From NCBI GenBank assembly GCA_039586795.1, contig JBDHJS010000003.1, positions 16,358-80,357 of the forward strand: 64,000 nucleotides of DNA. Reading direction: 5' to 3'. Source of the stretch: Gemmatimonadota bacterium (GTDB lineage Bacteria > Gemmatimonadota > Gemmatimonadetes > Palauibacterales > KS3-K002). The translations under genes were made by a program, and so were the position numbers. Positions 10,140 to 20,464 of this stretch are shown one piece after another; the first letter of the stretch is position 1, and each line of letters opens with the position of its first letter. The notes under the pieces were generated by a model. It searched no databases. It was not told the origin of the DNA and saw nothing but the letters and a program-made list of their open reading frames with translations.

Positions 10140-10697
10140 ATGGAAAACTGGCTAATCATCGCCATCGTCGTCGTCGTGTTGTTTGTCGGAATCATCCTTT
10201 ACAACAAGCTGGCATCGCTCAGAGTCCGGGCGGACTCGGCCTGGGCCGATATCGATGCTCAACTGAAGCGACGCTACGACCTGATCCCCAACCTGGTGGA
10301 GACGGTCAAAGGCTACGCGAGCCACGAGAAAGAGACGTTCGAGCGTGTGACCGAGATGCGCGCCGCGGCGATCAACGCGCAGGGCGTGGCGGAGCAGGCG
10401 CAGGCGGAGAACATGCTGACACAAGCGTTGCGATCGGTGTTCGCCGTGGCGGAGAACTACCCGGAGCTGCGCGCTTCGGAGAACTTCAACCAACTGCAAG
10501 GCTCGCTGGTGGAGGTCGAGGACAAGATCCAGGCGGCGCGGCGCTACTACAACGCGGTCGTCCGCGACTATAACACCGCGGTCCATGTGGTCCCGTCCAG
10601 CCTGGTCGCGTTTCTGTTCAGCTTCAAGGATCGGGAGTATTTCGAGCTCGACTCGGAAGCCGAGCGTCAGGCGCCCAAAGTCGACTTCAGCAGCTGA
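10140..10697 (+). CDS. lemA: LemA family protein
   Basis: N-terminal TM helix followed by the characteristic LemA sequence (YNKLASLRVRADSAWADIDAQLKRRYDLIPNLVETVKGYASHE). Confidence 0.85.
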   Translation: MENWLIIAIVVVVLFVGIILYNKLASLRVRADSAWADIDAQLKRRYDLIPNLVETVKGYASHEKETFERVTEMRAAAINAQGVAEQAQAENMLTQALRSVFAVAENYPELRASENFNQLQGSLVEVEDKIQAARRYYNAVVRDYNTAVHVVPSSLVAFLFSFKDREYFELDSEAERQAPKVDFSS

Positions 10698-10706
10698 GCG
10701 GCGACG

Positions 10707-12473
10707 ATGTTAAAGCGCGCATTCGTATTCGCATTCAGCGCGGCCCTCTTCCTCGTACCGAAGACGGTCGCCACCGAGCCGGCGCTGCAATCACGGCAGC
10801 TCACGATCGAAATGTTCAACGCCACCTACACGATCGATCGTGACGGTGTCGTGTTCGTGGAAGAGCGACTTCGGTTTCGGTTCGATGGGTCGTGGAACGG
10901 AGTCTACCGGTGGATTCCGTTCAAGTACGAGATGACGGATGGCGGAAGGCACCAGATTTATCTCGACGTCGAGTCGGTCACCGATGCTGCCGGCAACGAG
11001 CTACGTCACGAGGTGAAGCGCGAAGGCGCGATCGTAAAGATCAAGACCTGGGTGCCTGGGGCGCAGAACGCCACACACACCGTGGTCTACCGCTACAAGG
11101 TGGAGAACGCGCTGCGCTTCTTCGATGATGATGATGGGATGGAGTGGGCCCACGACGAGTTCTATTGGAACGTAAACGGAACCGAGTCGGACCTCGACCA
11201 CGTGCGGGTCCAGGCCACGGTTATCTTGCCAGAAGAGATCACGGGGCTGAAGGCCACGGCCTATACCGGTCGCCGTGGGGCACAGGGCAGCGACATCGCG
11301 CAGATCACGCGTGGCAATACGGTCAGCTTCGAAACGACTCGCCGCCTTGGCTATCGGGAAGGGCTGACGATCGTGGTCGGCTGGGACCCAGGCGTGGTGG
11401 CGCGACCGAGCACGGTGGCGCGAACTCGCTGGTTCATTCTGGACTACCTGCTCGTACCGCTTCCGCTGCTCGCCTTTTTCGGGATGTTCAGACTCTGGCG
11501 AAAGAAGGGTCGTGATCCTGAGCTGAACCGGTCCATCATGCCTGAGTACGAACCGCCGGAGGAGATGACGCCCGCCGAGATTGGCACGTTGATGGACTTC
11601 AGTCTCGATCCGCGCGATCTATCGGCGACGATCATCGACCTGGCGATACGTGGTTACCTGCGCATCGAGGAGATCCCGAACCGCCGGGGTACGCGCCCGA
11701 AGGATCATATCATCTATGTGCTGAAGGACCCGGACGCCGTTACCGACTTGAAGAGTTTCGAGTTGGAAACACTGAGAGCGCTCCACGATCTGGCGGAGGA
11801 AGAAGAGGACGGCACCTCGATCAAGGTCTCGGACCTGAAGCAACGCTTCTATACGTACGTGCCTAAGATCAAGCGGCGCGTGCTGGAGCTGTTGACCACG
11901 CCGCCGAAGTTGTTCACGGCGCGGCCCGAGCGCGTGGTGGGCGCCTGGGTGGGGATCGGCTTCCTGATTGGAATCCTCTGCGTGGGGCTCGGCATCCTGA
12001 TGACAGCGATGGGAATCGGCAACCCGATCGCACGTTGGGTCTCGGTTGCGGCCGTGCCGGTGATCGTGATCGGGTTCGGTGTAGCGATGCCGGCGCGGAC
12101 GTTGAAGGGGACGTTGCTGTTGAATCGCGTCCTGGGTCTTCGCGAGTACATCGACCGGGTAGATCGGGATCGCCTGAAATACGCTACGCTGGAACACTTC
12201 GAGAAGCTGCTTCCGTTCGCGGCGGCGATGGGCCTGGAGGAGAAGTGGACGAAGGCGTTCGAGACGATCATCATCGAGCCGCCGGGTTGGTACGTCAGCC
12301 ATTATCCCGGCTTTCACGCCCACTACTTTTCGGACTCTTTGGGTCGAATGGCGAGCTCCACCGGGTCGGCGCTGGTGACGGCGCCACGCTCGTCGAGTAG
12401 CGGGTCTGGATTCAGCGGAGGGGGAGGATTCTCGGGCGGCGGCTTTGGCGGGGGAGGCAGCGGAGGCTTCTAG
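10707..12473 (+). CDS. DUF2207 domain membrane protein (LemA partner), glycine-rich C-terminus
   Basis: Immediately downstream of lemA. Signal peptide, central TM helices and a C-terminal tail SGSGFSGGGGFSGGGFGGGGSGGF, typical of DUF2207 proteins. Confidence 0.7.
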   Translation: MLKRAFVFAFSAALFLVPKTVATEPALQSRQLTIEMFNATYTIDRDGVVFVEERLRFRFDGSWNGVYRWIPFKYEMTDGGRHQIYLDVESVTDAAGNELRHEVKREGAIVKIKTWVPGAQNATHTVVYRYKVENALRFFDDDDGMEWAHDEFYWNVNGTESDLDHVRVQATVILPEEITGLKATAYTGRRGAQGSDIAQITRGNTVSFETTRRLGYREGLTIVVGWDPGVVARPSTVARTRWFILDYLLVPLPLLAFFGMFRLWRKKGRDPELNRSIMPEYEPPEEMTPAEIGTLMDFSLDPRDLSATIIDLAIRGYLRIEEIPNRRGTRPKDHIIYVLKDPDAVTDLKSFELETLRALHDLAEEEEDGTSIKVSDLKQRFYTYVPKIKRRVLELLTTPPKLFTARPERVVGAWVGIGFLIGILCVGLGILMTAMGIGNPIARWVSVAAVPVIVIGFGVAMPARTLKGTLLLNRVLGLREYIDRVDRDRLKYATLEHFEKLLPFAAAMGLEEKWTKAFETIIIEPPGWYVSHYPGFHAHYFSDSLGRMASSTGSALVTAPRSSSSGSGFSGGGGFSGGGFGGGGSGGF

Positions 12474-13879
12474 CCGTCTTTCTCTTCGCCCGGCTCAATT
12501 CCCAGCTCTTTCATCTTGTTGAAGAGCGTCTTGCGGCTGACACCGAGCAGTTCCGCCGCGCGGGTGCGGCTGCCCTCCGCCTCTCGGAGAGCGCCGACGA
12601 TCATTCTCTCTTCCACGGCGGCACGAGCTCGATCAGCAGCCTCCGCCAGTGTCAGTCGGCCGTCAGCAGCGGCGTCCGTCGACTGAGTCTGAGAGGGGTC
12701 GGCGGAACGCAGGCGAGCGGGCAGGTCAGCGCCGGTGATGGCCGTGCCAGTAGCCAGGGTCAGGGCGCTTTGGACCGCGTTCTCCAGCTCACGGACGTTT
12801 CCCGGCCAGTGGTAGCCGACGAGGAGAGACAGGGCTGTCTGGGCGATCGGCCTGGCTTCGATTCCGAGCTTCTCAGCGTGCTTGGCGACGAAGTGATCGA
12901 CCAGCGGCGGAATGTCCTCCGGGCGCTCGCGTAGCGCGGGCAGATGTATCGAGACGACGTTCAGGCGCCAGTAGAGATCCTCACGGAACCCCCCGCCATC
13001 GATCTCTTTCTGGAGATCGCGATTGGTGGCGGCGATGATGCGTACATTCACCTTTATCGTGCGTTCGCTGCCGACACGCCGGATCTCGCCCTCCTCTAGC
13101 GCGCGCAGGAGACCGGCCTGCGCTGCTTGAGACAGCTCTCCGATCTCGTCAAGAAATAGCGTTCCGCGATCCGCCTGTTCGAAGGCACCGCGCCGGCTCG
13201 TCTTCGCGTCGGTGAACGCGCCGCGCTCATGACCGAAGAAGCTCGACTCCATCAGCGTTTGCGGAACGGCGCCGCAATTGACGGCGATGAACGGCCCGTC
13301 CTTTCGATTCGAGTAGCGGTGTATGGCACGAGCGACCAACTCCTTGCCGGTGCCCGTTTCTCCGACAACCAGCACCGTGGTATCGACCGGCGCGACGCGA
13401 TCGATCATGCGGAAGACCGCGTCCATGGAGCCCGACTGGCCCACCATGTTCTCGGGCCGGAAGCGATCGTCGAGCTGAGTTTCCAGCGCCTCGACCCGCT
13501 GCTCGAGGCGTCGCATCTGCACGGCGCGCTCCACGGTGAGCTTCAGCTCATCGTTGTCGAATGGTTTTGTGACGTAGTCGAGGGCCCCTTTGCGTATCGC
13601 ATCGACGGCGGACTGGATAGTTCCGTGCGCGGTCATGATGATGAAGGCTGGCGCCGCCGCCCCAAGCTGGTCCTGCAGTCGAGTCATCGTTTCGACGCCA
13701 TCGATACCAGCGAGTCGAAGGTCGAGGAGCGCCACGTCGGGCGCGAACTCTGAGGCCCGGCTTAGCGCATTCTCGCCGCTCTCGAGAGCGAGAATGTCGT
13801 AGCCGTCGTCCTCGAGAACGGTGGTCACTATGCCGCGCAGCGTGCGTTCATCATCGACGACAAGAACACGAGCCTTCAT
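12470..13879 (-). CDS. Sigma-54-dependent Fis-family response regulator (NtrC-like)
   Basis: Receiver domain (VLVVDDE...D), AAA+ sigma-54 activation domain with Walker A GETGTGKE, and a C-terminal HTH. Its start overlaps the upstream HK stop by 4 nt. Confidence 0.85.
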   Translation of the reverse strand: MKARVLVVDDERTLRGIVTTVLEDDGYDILALESGENALSRASEFAPDVALLDLRLAGIDGVETMTRLQDQLGAAAPAFIIMTAHGTIQSAVDAIRKGALDYVTKPFDNDELKLTVERAVQMRRLEQRVEALETQLDDRFRPENMVGQSGSMDAVFRMIDRVAPVDTTVLVVGETGTGKELVARAIHRYSNRKDGPFIAVNCGAVPQTLMESSFFGHERGAFTDAKTSRRGAFEQADRGTLFLDEIGELSQAAQAGLLRALEEGEIRRVGSERTIKVNVRIIAATNRDLQKEIDGGGFREDLYWRLNVVSIHLPALRERPEDIPPLVDHFVAKHAEKLGIEARPIAQTALSLLVGYHWPGNVRELENAVQSALTLATGTAITGADLPARLRSADPSQTQSTDAAADGRLTLAEAADRARAAVEERMIVGALREAEGSRTRAAELLGVSRKTLFNKMKELGIEPGEEKDG

Positions 13880-15156
13880 GAGCCGTGACCTTCGGGTAGC
13901 CTGATCATGACTACGGTACCGTGCCCCACATCGCTTTCGACCTCGATCTCGCCGCCGTGGCGCTGCACGATCCCGTAACAGACCGAAAGACCCAGTCCCG
14001 TACCCCCTTTCTTCGTGGTGAAGAAGGGATCGAAGAGTTTCTCCCTATCCTCCATCGCGATACCCGCCCCCGTATCGCTCACCCTGATCTCGACGGTGCG
14101 GCCAGTCGATATCGTGGCAATATCCAGCGCGCCGCCGTCCGGCATCGCCTGTAACGCATTCATCACGACATTGAGGAGTACCTGCGTGATGAGGTTGGGA
14201 TCGGCCCGAACCACAATGTCAGGAACGTCGACGCTGGCTACAACGTTCTGCTCGCCCGCCTGGACTTCCACCAGTGTCACAACATGACGCGCCAATTCTG
14301 CCAGGTTCACTCTCCCGAATTGAGGCTCTGCCGGCCGCGCAAAGGAAAGCAATCCTTCGACTATGTCGTTGATCCGATCGACCTCGGCCAAGATATCGTC
14401 GACCAGGTCGGTCTGTTTGTCGCCTTCAGAGAAACTCCCGCGCAGATGTTGGATGGCCGACCGGATGGAGGCCAGCGGATTCCGAATCTCGTGCGCGGCG
14501 CCGGCCGCCAATTCGCCAGCGGTGGCCAGCCGTTCGGCTCTGTATAGCCGCTTGAGGCGAGCGCGTTGCTCTCTCAGCAGCGCCGCGTTTTCAAAAGCGA
14601 GAGCGGTCTGGCCGGCGAACACGGTAAGCAGTTCGCGCTGCTCGCCGCTCAAAGTGAACGCGTTCGAACCGGCCGTGGAACCGAGGGCAAGGAAGCCTTT
14701 GAGTTGATTCAAAGCGACGAGCGGAAAACACGCGTGGATATCGAGTCGCGCCAGAATCTCTCGCTCGGCATCACCGAGGAAGTCTACGACGCCTGGCTGG
14801 TCGCTAAGCACGAGCGGCTCCTCATTCACCTTCAGCCAGCGAGCCAACCGACCGTTCGGCAAGAACGCAAGGGACGAATCCAGTTCCTCGCCCAAGCCTC
14901 GCGCCGAGGACAACACGAAGGGACCACCGTCCGCCTCCCTAAGAAACACGGCGACGCGCTCCACGCCGAAGAACTCGCGCAGCTTTGCGGGAATGGTCTC
15001 GCGAAGCTGCTCTTCATCGACGATCAGCGTGAGAGAACGGCTGAACTCGTGAACCGCCTGACGGTATTCTGGGGACCGGCTGATCCGCTTTCCGGGAACC
15101 TTCATAGACAGGATGTATTCAGACGCGAGTCCCACGTCAAATCCGATTGCCGTCAT
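13876..15156 (-). CDS. GAF-domain sensor histidine kinase
   Basis: H-box HEIRNPLASI; N, G1 and G2 boxes (DTGAGI, GGTGLGLSV); an N-terminal GAF-like region. Confidence 0.8.
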   Translation of the reverse strand: MTAIGFDVGLASEYILSMKVPGKRISRSPEYRQAVHEFSRSLTLIVDEEQLRETIPAKLREFFGVERVAVFLREADGGPFVLSSARGLGEELDSSLAFLPNGRLARWLKVNEEPLVLSDQPGVVDFLGDAEREILARLDIHACFPLVALNQLKGFLALGSTAGSNAFTLSGEQRELLTVFAGQTALAFENAALLREQRARLKRLYRAERLATAGELAAGAAHEIRNPLASIRSAIQHLRGSFSEGDKQTDLVDDILAEVDRINDIVEGLLSFARPAEPQFGRVNLAELARHVVTLVEVQAGEQNVVASVDVPDIVVRADPNLITQVLLNVVMNALQAMPDGGALDIATISTGRTVEIRVSDTGAGIAMEDREKLFDPFFTTKKGGTGLGLSVCYGIVQRHGGEIEVESDVGHGTVVMIRLPEGHGS

Positions 15157-15205
15157 GCTGCGACGGACTCGGTTTTGACGTGGGACGACGCTGAGTATGG
15201 CAGGA

Positions 15206-16717
15206 TCACCTGCGTGACAACCGCAGACCGAAGATCACGATTCCGACGATCAAGCCGGCAAGCGCGACCAGCAGCGCTCCGGTCCCCAACCAGTTGGCCG
15301 ATGCGGCGACGTGCACGCGGATAGTCTTGTCCTCTGTCTCTACGGCGCGCCCGGCGGCGGCGGATTCCGTTCTCAGACGCGCTTCATAGTCGCCCACCAT
15401 GACATCTACCGGCGGTGTGAGAAGAAGCGAGACTCGTTGCTCGGCATCAACCGCCAGATAGGATATGAACTCGGGCTCGATGGTGGCGTCCCAACCCAGG
15501 GGAAGGTCGATCCGAAAGCGGAGATTATCGAGGGTCCGCGTGCCGCTGTTGCGGACCGTCACATCCATCTCGACCGCGCCGCCCGGCCGGATCTCGTGGT
15601 AGAGGTTCATGGCCCGGAGTTCAGCGCGCCCCACGCCGCGAGGAACGAGCTCCAGCCGCGATTTTCCGGTGGGGAGCGCCTCGATCGCCGCCGAATCCGC
15701 GCTCTCGATGACGTCGCGAGATTCGGCGAGCGCTTCATCGTCCAGCGCCAGCACCCAGAAGTTGATGGGCTCGTCGATATTGAACGAGTCCGCCGAACGC
15801 TGCGGTAGAAAAGCAGACAGCTGAAGGTCCTTCTGGCTTTCCCCCTCCGGAAAACGAATCTGCGTCAGCCGCGCGTTGGTCAGGGGATCCGTGAACTCAT
15901 AGCGAATGTCACGTGGCAGACCGACAGCCAGCAGGCGAAAGGCATTGGCGTCGCCGGTGAAGCGCTCCAGCCGCAAGTCGTATACGGCCTGGCCACCCAG
16001 GTCAGCCTCCTGCGAGAACTGAACCGACTGCACCGAGACGATGTTGGCCGAAGCATCCTTCTCGAGGAAGATTTTTTTCTCCTCGATCTTGTCGGCGTAG
16101 TTGACCGAAACGACGACTTCCTCGACGTCCCGCAGCAACCGGAAGCTGACGACCGCCGGTTCGCCCACGCGCATGACCGGTATGTGGTGTTCGTAGGGTC
16201 TGGAGATGATAGCTCCGTCTATGCCGGGATCCGCCTTGAGACTGACATATACGTTGCTGATCTCGTCGGGCTTTAGGCTCTCGAGCAGCTCTTGCTCGAT
16301 GAGCTCAGACAGCTGCGCCGATTCGACACCACCACCCGTAGTATTTCGAAGTGTGAGTCGTACGTAACTCTTACCATCCGCTGCGCGGCTCTTCACCGCC
16401 CGTTCGATCGTCACGTGTGGCGAAGCGAAGATCACAGCCAGCGATTGCTGCAGGTAGTTCACCCGCGCTCGTTCGAACGCCTGTCTCATCTCGGAGAGCT
16501 CTTGTTCCGAGATGAGACCGTTCTCGAACAACTGCACCGCACGGTCGTGATCCCCGGCGGCTCTCTCGTACTCCGCCTGAGCGCGAACCAGACCGAGAAT
16601 GCGATACTGATCATCGCGGGGGTTATAGGCGCTCTGAATGACTTGAGCATCGAGCGCACGCGGCGCGGCCAATACCAGGCCCGCCAACAGTCCGATTAAC
16701 AGCGGCAGCCTTTTCAT
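15206..16717 (-). CDS. Secreted protein with C-terminal TM anchor (NEW3/COG1470-like), accessory to the ABC-2 exporter
   Basis: Signal peptide and a C-terminal TM segment (LGTGALLVALAGLIVGIVIFGLRLSRR). The last gene of the ATPase-permease-permease operon, with start/stop overlaps. Confidence 0.5.
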   Translation of the reverse strand: MKRLPLLIGLLAGLVLAAPRALDAQVIQSAYNPRDDQYRILGLVRAQAEYERAAGDHDRAVQLFENGLISEQELSEMRQAFERARVNYLQQSLAVIFASPHVTIERAVKSRAADGKSYVRLTLRNTTGGGVESAQLSELIEQELLESLKPDEISNVYVSLKADPGIDGAIISRPYEHHIPVMRVGEPAVVSFRLLRDVEEVVVSVNYADKIEEKKIFLEKDASANIVSVQSVQFSQEADLGGQAVYDLRLERFTGDANAFRLLAVGLPRDIRYEFTDPLTNARLTQIRFPEGESQKDLQLSAFLPQRSADSFNIDEPINFWVLALDDEALAESRDVIESADSAAIEALPTGKSRLELVPRGVGRAELRAMNLYHEIRPGGAVEMDVTVRNSGTRTLDNLRFRIDLPLGWDATIEPEFISYLAVDAEQRVSLLLTPPVDVMVGDYEARLRTESAAAGRAVETEDKTIRVHVAASANWLGTGALLVALAGLIVGIVIFGLRLSRR

Positions 16718-18168
16718 CGCACATCGTACCTGTTAAAGCCGACAATACCAATTACCAGGAAGACGACCCCAAAGCCGAACAGCAGGCCGAGTCGCGGAAG
16801 GACGGCAACGACGCGTGGCCCCAATGGCTCCGGTTGGTAGACGAAATCCGGCGCACCGGAGAGATCCACGTGTGCGTTCGCCCAGTTCGCTGTTGGGTCA
16901 ACGGTTCGAAGCGAATCGTACAACGCGTCGATCCATGGCCGGAGCACGTTCTGGCCGAACACTTCGCTCTGCTCTTCGAGCCGTTGGTCGGCACGCAAGC
17001 CGGTCTCGGTCAGCTGGAGAGCCGCATATACGAACGTGGGATACGGCGACACCGATGAGACGGTTTCGGTGGTTCGCCGTTGCGCGTCCTGTCTGACCTG
17101 GAAGTCTGCTTGAAGCGCCTCGATGGCTTCACGCTGAATCCGGTTCCCGTCCTCGATCGCCTGTCTGCTGAGCTGGCTCAGGGTATCCAGAACAGCGTTC
17201 AACCTGGCGTCCGCTTCTCGGGCTGCCTGCCGTTCCTCACTGCCCAGAGCGAAGTAGCCCTGCAGTTCCGGATGGCGAGCCCGGACCGGAGCCTGATACT
17301 CGTTGGCCAGCTGACTCACGAGTTGATCGCGTTCCGTGTCGCCCATCACCCGAACTCGTCTCTGTAGCTCGGTCACGCTGGGCGTCGGTCTAACGGTCGC
17401 CGCGACATACGGGCTCACGTTAGGGACGATCAGTATGAGGGCCGCCCAAGCGCCAAGCGACACGACCAGCGATGTCCGAGCGGTGCGGGTCAAAGTGGAA
17501 ATCATCACGCCGAGGCAGACGAAGGCGAGCACATAGAGCGCCGCCGCTAGTCCGAGGATGAACGCGGCGCCCCACTCGACAGCCGACCAGCCGAGGTTGG
17601 GTGAAGCGGCGATCAGGACGGCGCCGGCAAGCAATCCAGCGACGAGGGGAACGATGAGCGCGACGAAGCGGCCTGCAACCTTGCCAAGGACCAGTCCGGC
17701 GCGTGGGAGGTCGTAGGCCATCAACAGTTTGAGCGTGCCGTCTTCTCTTTCCCCACTCAGCGCATCATGAGCGAACAGCAGGGCGAGCAAGCTGAAGAGC
17801 ACACCCACTATGACGGTGAAGTCAGGTAACGGGTACGCCACCGCGAGGGGGTCGTTGTCGAACGATTCCAGATTCGCGTTCTGCTCCAGTCCCCTCACCA
17901 CGGCCGTCATCGGGTTGGGGCGCTGTGGCAACGACCAGGCGCCGAAGCGATTCAGGTGCCCGTACTGTCTCAGCGACTGATCTCGCTCAGCAGTGGCTAC
18001 GCCGTAGTCCTCGAGCTCTCGCGCGTAGCTACGAGCCAGGACACCAATCGTCGCGGAGACGAGCCCAAAAACGATGATGGCAGCGACCAGGAAGCGACCG
18101 GTTACGAACAGTTCGCGGCACTCCTTCACCGCCACCAATCTCCAGGAAAACGCGTTCTGATTTCTCAT
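16714..18168 (-). CDS. ABC-2 family transporter permease
   Basis: Multiple TM helices. ATGA overlap with neighbours on both sides, so operon context. Confidence 0.65.
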   Translation of the reverse strand: MRNQNAFSWRLVAVKECRELFVTGRFLVAAIIVFGLVSATIGVLARSYARELEDYGVATAERDQSLRQYGHLNRFGAWSLPQRPNPMTAVVRGLEQNANLESFDNDPLAVAYPLPDFTVIVGVLFSLLALLFAHDALSGEREDGTLKLLMAYDLPRAGLVLGKVAGRFVALIVPLVAGLLAGAVLIAASPNLGWSAVEWGAAFILGLAAALYVLAFVCLGVMISTLTRTARTSLVVSLGAWAALILIVPNVSPYVAATVRPTPSVTELQRRVRVMGDTERDQLVSQLANEYQAPVRARHPELQGYFALGSEERQAAREADARLNAVLDTLSQLSRQAIEDGNRIQREAIEALQADFQVRQDAQRRTTETVSSVSPYPTFVYAALQLTETGLRADQRLEEQSEVFGQNVLRPWIDALYDSLRTVDPTANWANAHVDLSGAPDFVYQPEPLGPRVVAVLPRLGLLFGFGVVFLVIGIVGFNRYDVR

Positions 18169-19427
18169 CGAATGTCATACCGGCTTATAGCCACAAAGAG
18201 GGTGGTAATCGCGATCGCGCCGGCGAGCACTATGGCTCCGATGTCGGCGCCGGCCGCCGCCAGAGTGTCGGCTAGGGACATGCGACGCGGGGTGAACGCC
18301 GGATACGTTGGCTCAATATCACGCATTCTATAGCTGAACAGATCGGGGAGAATCGCGTTCTTGTATCGCCGCACCTCTAGTTTCAGTTGCGCTTCGTGTG
18401 CGACGGAGGTGCCTAATACGCCAGTCGAAACGACGTCGAAGGCGCCGGCCGGGGACAGCCGCACGAGAGCGGCCGAGGTCCGCGCCAATGCGCCCAGCTC
18501 GCCCGCCACGCGCTCGCTCACCATGTCGCCCTGCCGGTGCATCTCGCCCCAAGCCGCTTCGAACGGCGAGCTGCTAGGGTCCGCGTTGCTCGCCTCGAAA
18601 GCCTTCATCATCTCGCTGCCGAAGATTCGCCAGCGCTCCGCCGATACCAGGCCGAGAGGTTGTACGTGCGCCAACTGTCGAGCGACGAGCACGCTCGAGC
18701 TTGGAATGACGAAAACGAGGAGCACCCAGGCGAAAAGCGTGGCGACCAGAGCCGTGGATGCGCGATGGAACAGAGCGGAAAGAGCAACGGCGATGGTGTA
18801 GCACACAGCGAGGTAGATGGAACCCAGCCCCAAGAAGACGGCCAGGCGAGCCCAGTCATCACCTGAGAGGGCAAGTCCGAACAATGGGCGCAACAGAATG
18901 AGCCATAGCGCGGCGGCGATCGCGACGGGGACGAAGAAGGCCAGCCAACCACCGAGCCACTTGCCGGCCGCGATTTCACCGCGTGATGCTCCGTTCGCGA
19001 CCATCAACTTCAATGTACCGCGTTCTTTCTCCGAGCAGATGAGGTCGAACCCGAATAGGAAGGCGATTAGCGCGAACACTACGCGGAACAGATACAGCCA
19101 GTCGGGCGTCGGGAATAGCCCAAACAGTGGATTGGCGGAGGCCTGGCTGCCGCCGATTTCTACATTGATCACGCTGATCTCGAAGCTACGGCCCATGGCA
19201 TCGTCCAGGCCGCGCGCGAAGACAGAGAGCGGGTTGGGCGGCGCCACGGCCACCGATTGGTCCTGACTTGGTCGTATCAAATCGTAGTTCTCGCGACGCG
19301 TGTCGTAGTCACGATCCATCACATAGAGACCGGTGCCCAGCAACAGAACGGCGATGACGAAGAGCAACGCCGACCGCCCGGTTGTGAGCGACTCGAGAAC
19401 TTCGCGTCGCGCGATTGCCCAGATCAT
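18165..19427 (-). CDS. ABC-2 family transporter permease
   Basis: Polytopic membrane protein translationally coupled to the upstream ATPase. Confidence 0.65.
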   Translation of the reverse strand: MIWAIARREVLESLTTGRSALLFVIAVLLLGTGLYVMDRDYDTRRENYDLIRPSQDQSVAVAPPNPLSVFARGLDDAMGRSFEISVINVEIGGSQASANPLFGLFPTPDWLYLFRVVFALIAFLFGFDLICSEKERGTLKLMVANGASRGEIAAGKWLGGWLAFFVPVAIAAALWLILLRPLFGLALSGDDWARLAVFLGLGSIYLAVCYTIAVALSALFHRASTALVATLFAWVLLVFVIPSSSVLVARQLAHVQPLGLVSAERWRIFGSEMMKAFEASNADPSSSPFEAAWGEMHRQGDMVSERVAGELGALARTSAALVRLSPAGAFDVVSTGVLGTSVAHEAQLKLEVRRYKNAILPDLFSYRMRDIEPTYPAFTPRRMSLADTLAAAGADIGAIVLAGAIAITTLFVAISRYDIR

Positions 19428-20143
19428 GCTACCGCCTCCACTTCCATGTAGTCGAGGTAGAGCCGCTCGAGATCCTCTTCGGCAAGCTCTTCCCGGGTGC
19501 GCAGCATGACCAACCGCCCCTCCTTCATGATGCCAACGCGATCTGCATGTTCTTTTGCGCGGAAGAGGTCATGCGTGCTCATGAAGATCGCCTTGCCGTC
19601 GTCCCTCAACTCACCCAGCAATGCCATGAGCTCTGCGGCGGCTTTGGGATCGAGTCCGGAAGTCGGCTCGTCCAGGAGCACAGCCGGCGAATCTTTCACG
19701 ATCGCGATCGCTATCCCCAGTTTCTGCCGCATGCCTTTGGAGAACTGTTTGACGCGCTGTTCGAACGCCTTCTCCTGAAGCCCGACGCGCCGCAAGACCA
19801 TGTAATAGTCATCGCGCGAAAGGTCTTGCCGGCCGCTCAAACGAGCGAAGAAGTCGAGGTTCTGCCTTGCGGTGAAATTGCCGTACAGCATGACGTTTTC
19901 CGACACGTAGGCGACGTGCTTCTTCGCAGCCAGCGGATCGCAGGCCACCTCGAAACCATTGATGTGCGCCGCTCCGTCGGTCGGGGGAATGAAGTCCAGG
20001 AACAGATTGATCGTCGTCGTCTTTCCAGCTCCGTTCGCGCCGAGCAAACAGAACGTCTCACCGGCCTCGACCTTAAGGTTCAGGTGATCGAGAGCGAGGA
20101 GGCCGTCCTCGTAGCGCTTGGTCAGATCGATCGCTTCTAGCAT
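19424..20143 (-). CDS. ABC transporter ATP-binding protein
   Basis: Walker A GANGAGKTT, ABC signature LSGGMRQKL-like (FSKGMRQKLGIA), Walker B LLDEPTSGLD. Confidence 0.9.
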   Translation of the reverse strand: MLEAIDLTKRYEDGLLALDHLNLKVEAGETFCLLGANGAGKTTTINLFLDFIPPTDGAAHINGFEVACDPLAAKKHVAYVSENVMLYGNFTARQNLDFFARLSGRQDLSRDDYYMVLRRVGLQEKAFEQRVKQFSKGMRQKLGIAIAIVKDSPAVLLDEPTSGLDPKAAAELMALLGELRDDGKAIFMSTHDLFRAKEHADRVGIMKEGRLVMLRTREELAEEDLERLYLDYMEVEAVA

Positions 20144-20464
20144 AGGGTCCCTCGGTTGCCGTCAGATTTGTCCGGGTTCAGCGTTCGTGCTGATTCAGTA
20201 AGCGAGGTGCGTGCCAAGATGGCGGCGGCCGGCCCTCGTCGTAATGCTTTATTGTATATAGACTTACGGTGACCACCCGCGGCGCCGACATCGGCAACTG
20301 GGTAACAGGTTACCCGTCAGGGCGCCGTCGACGGGTCATCCGATACTCAGAGGTCGGGGCGTAGTGAGCTCGACAGTTGGGTGGTAGGGGAGGGTTGAAC
20401 AAACTAGATTCGGTGTGCCACTTCACTCGGAAGTAAGACGAACAGACCTGTCTCTAGTGAGAGA

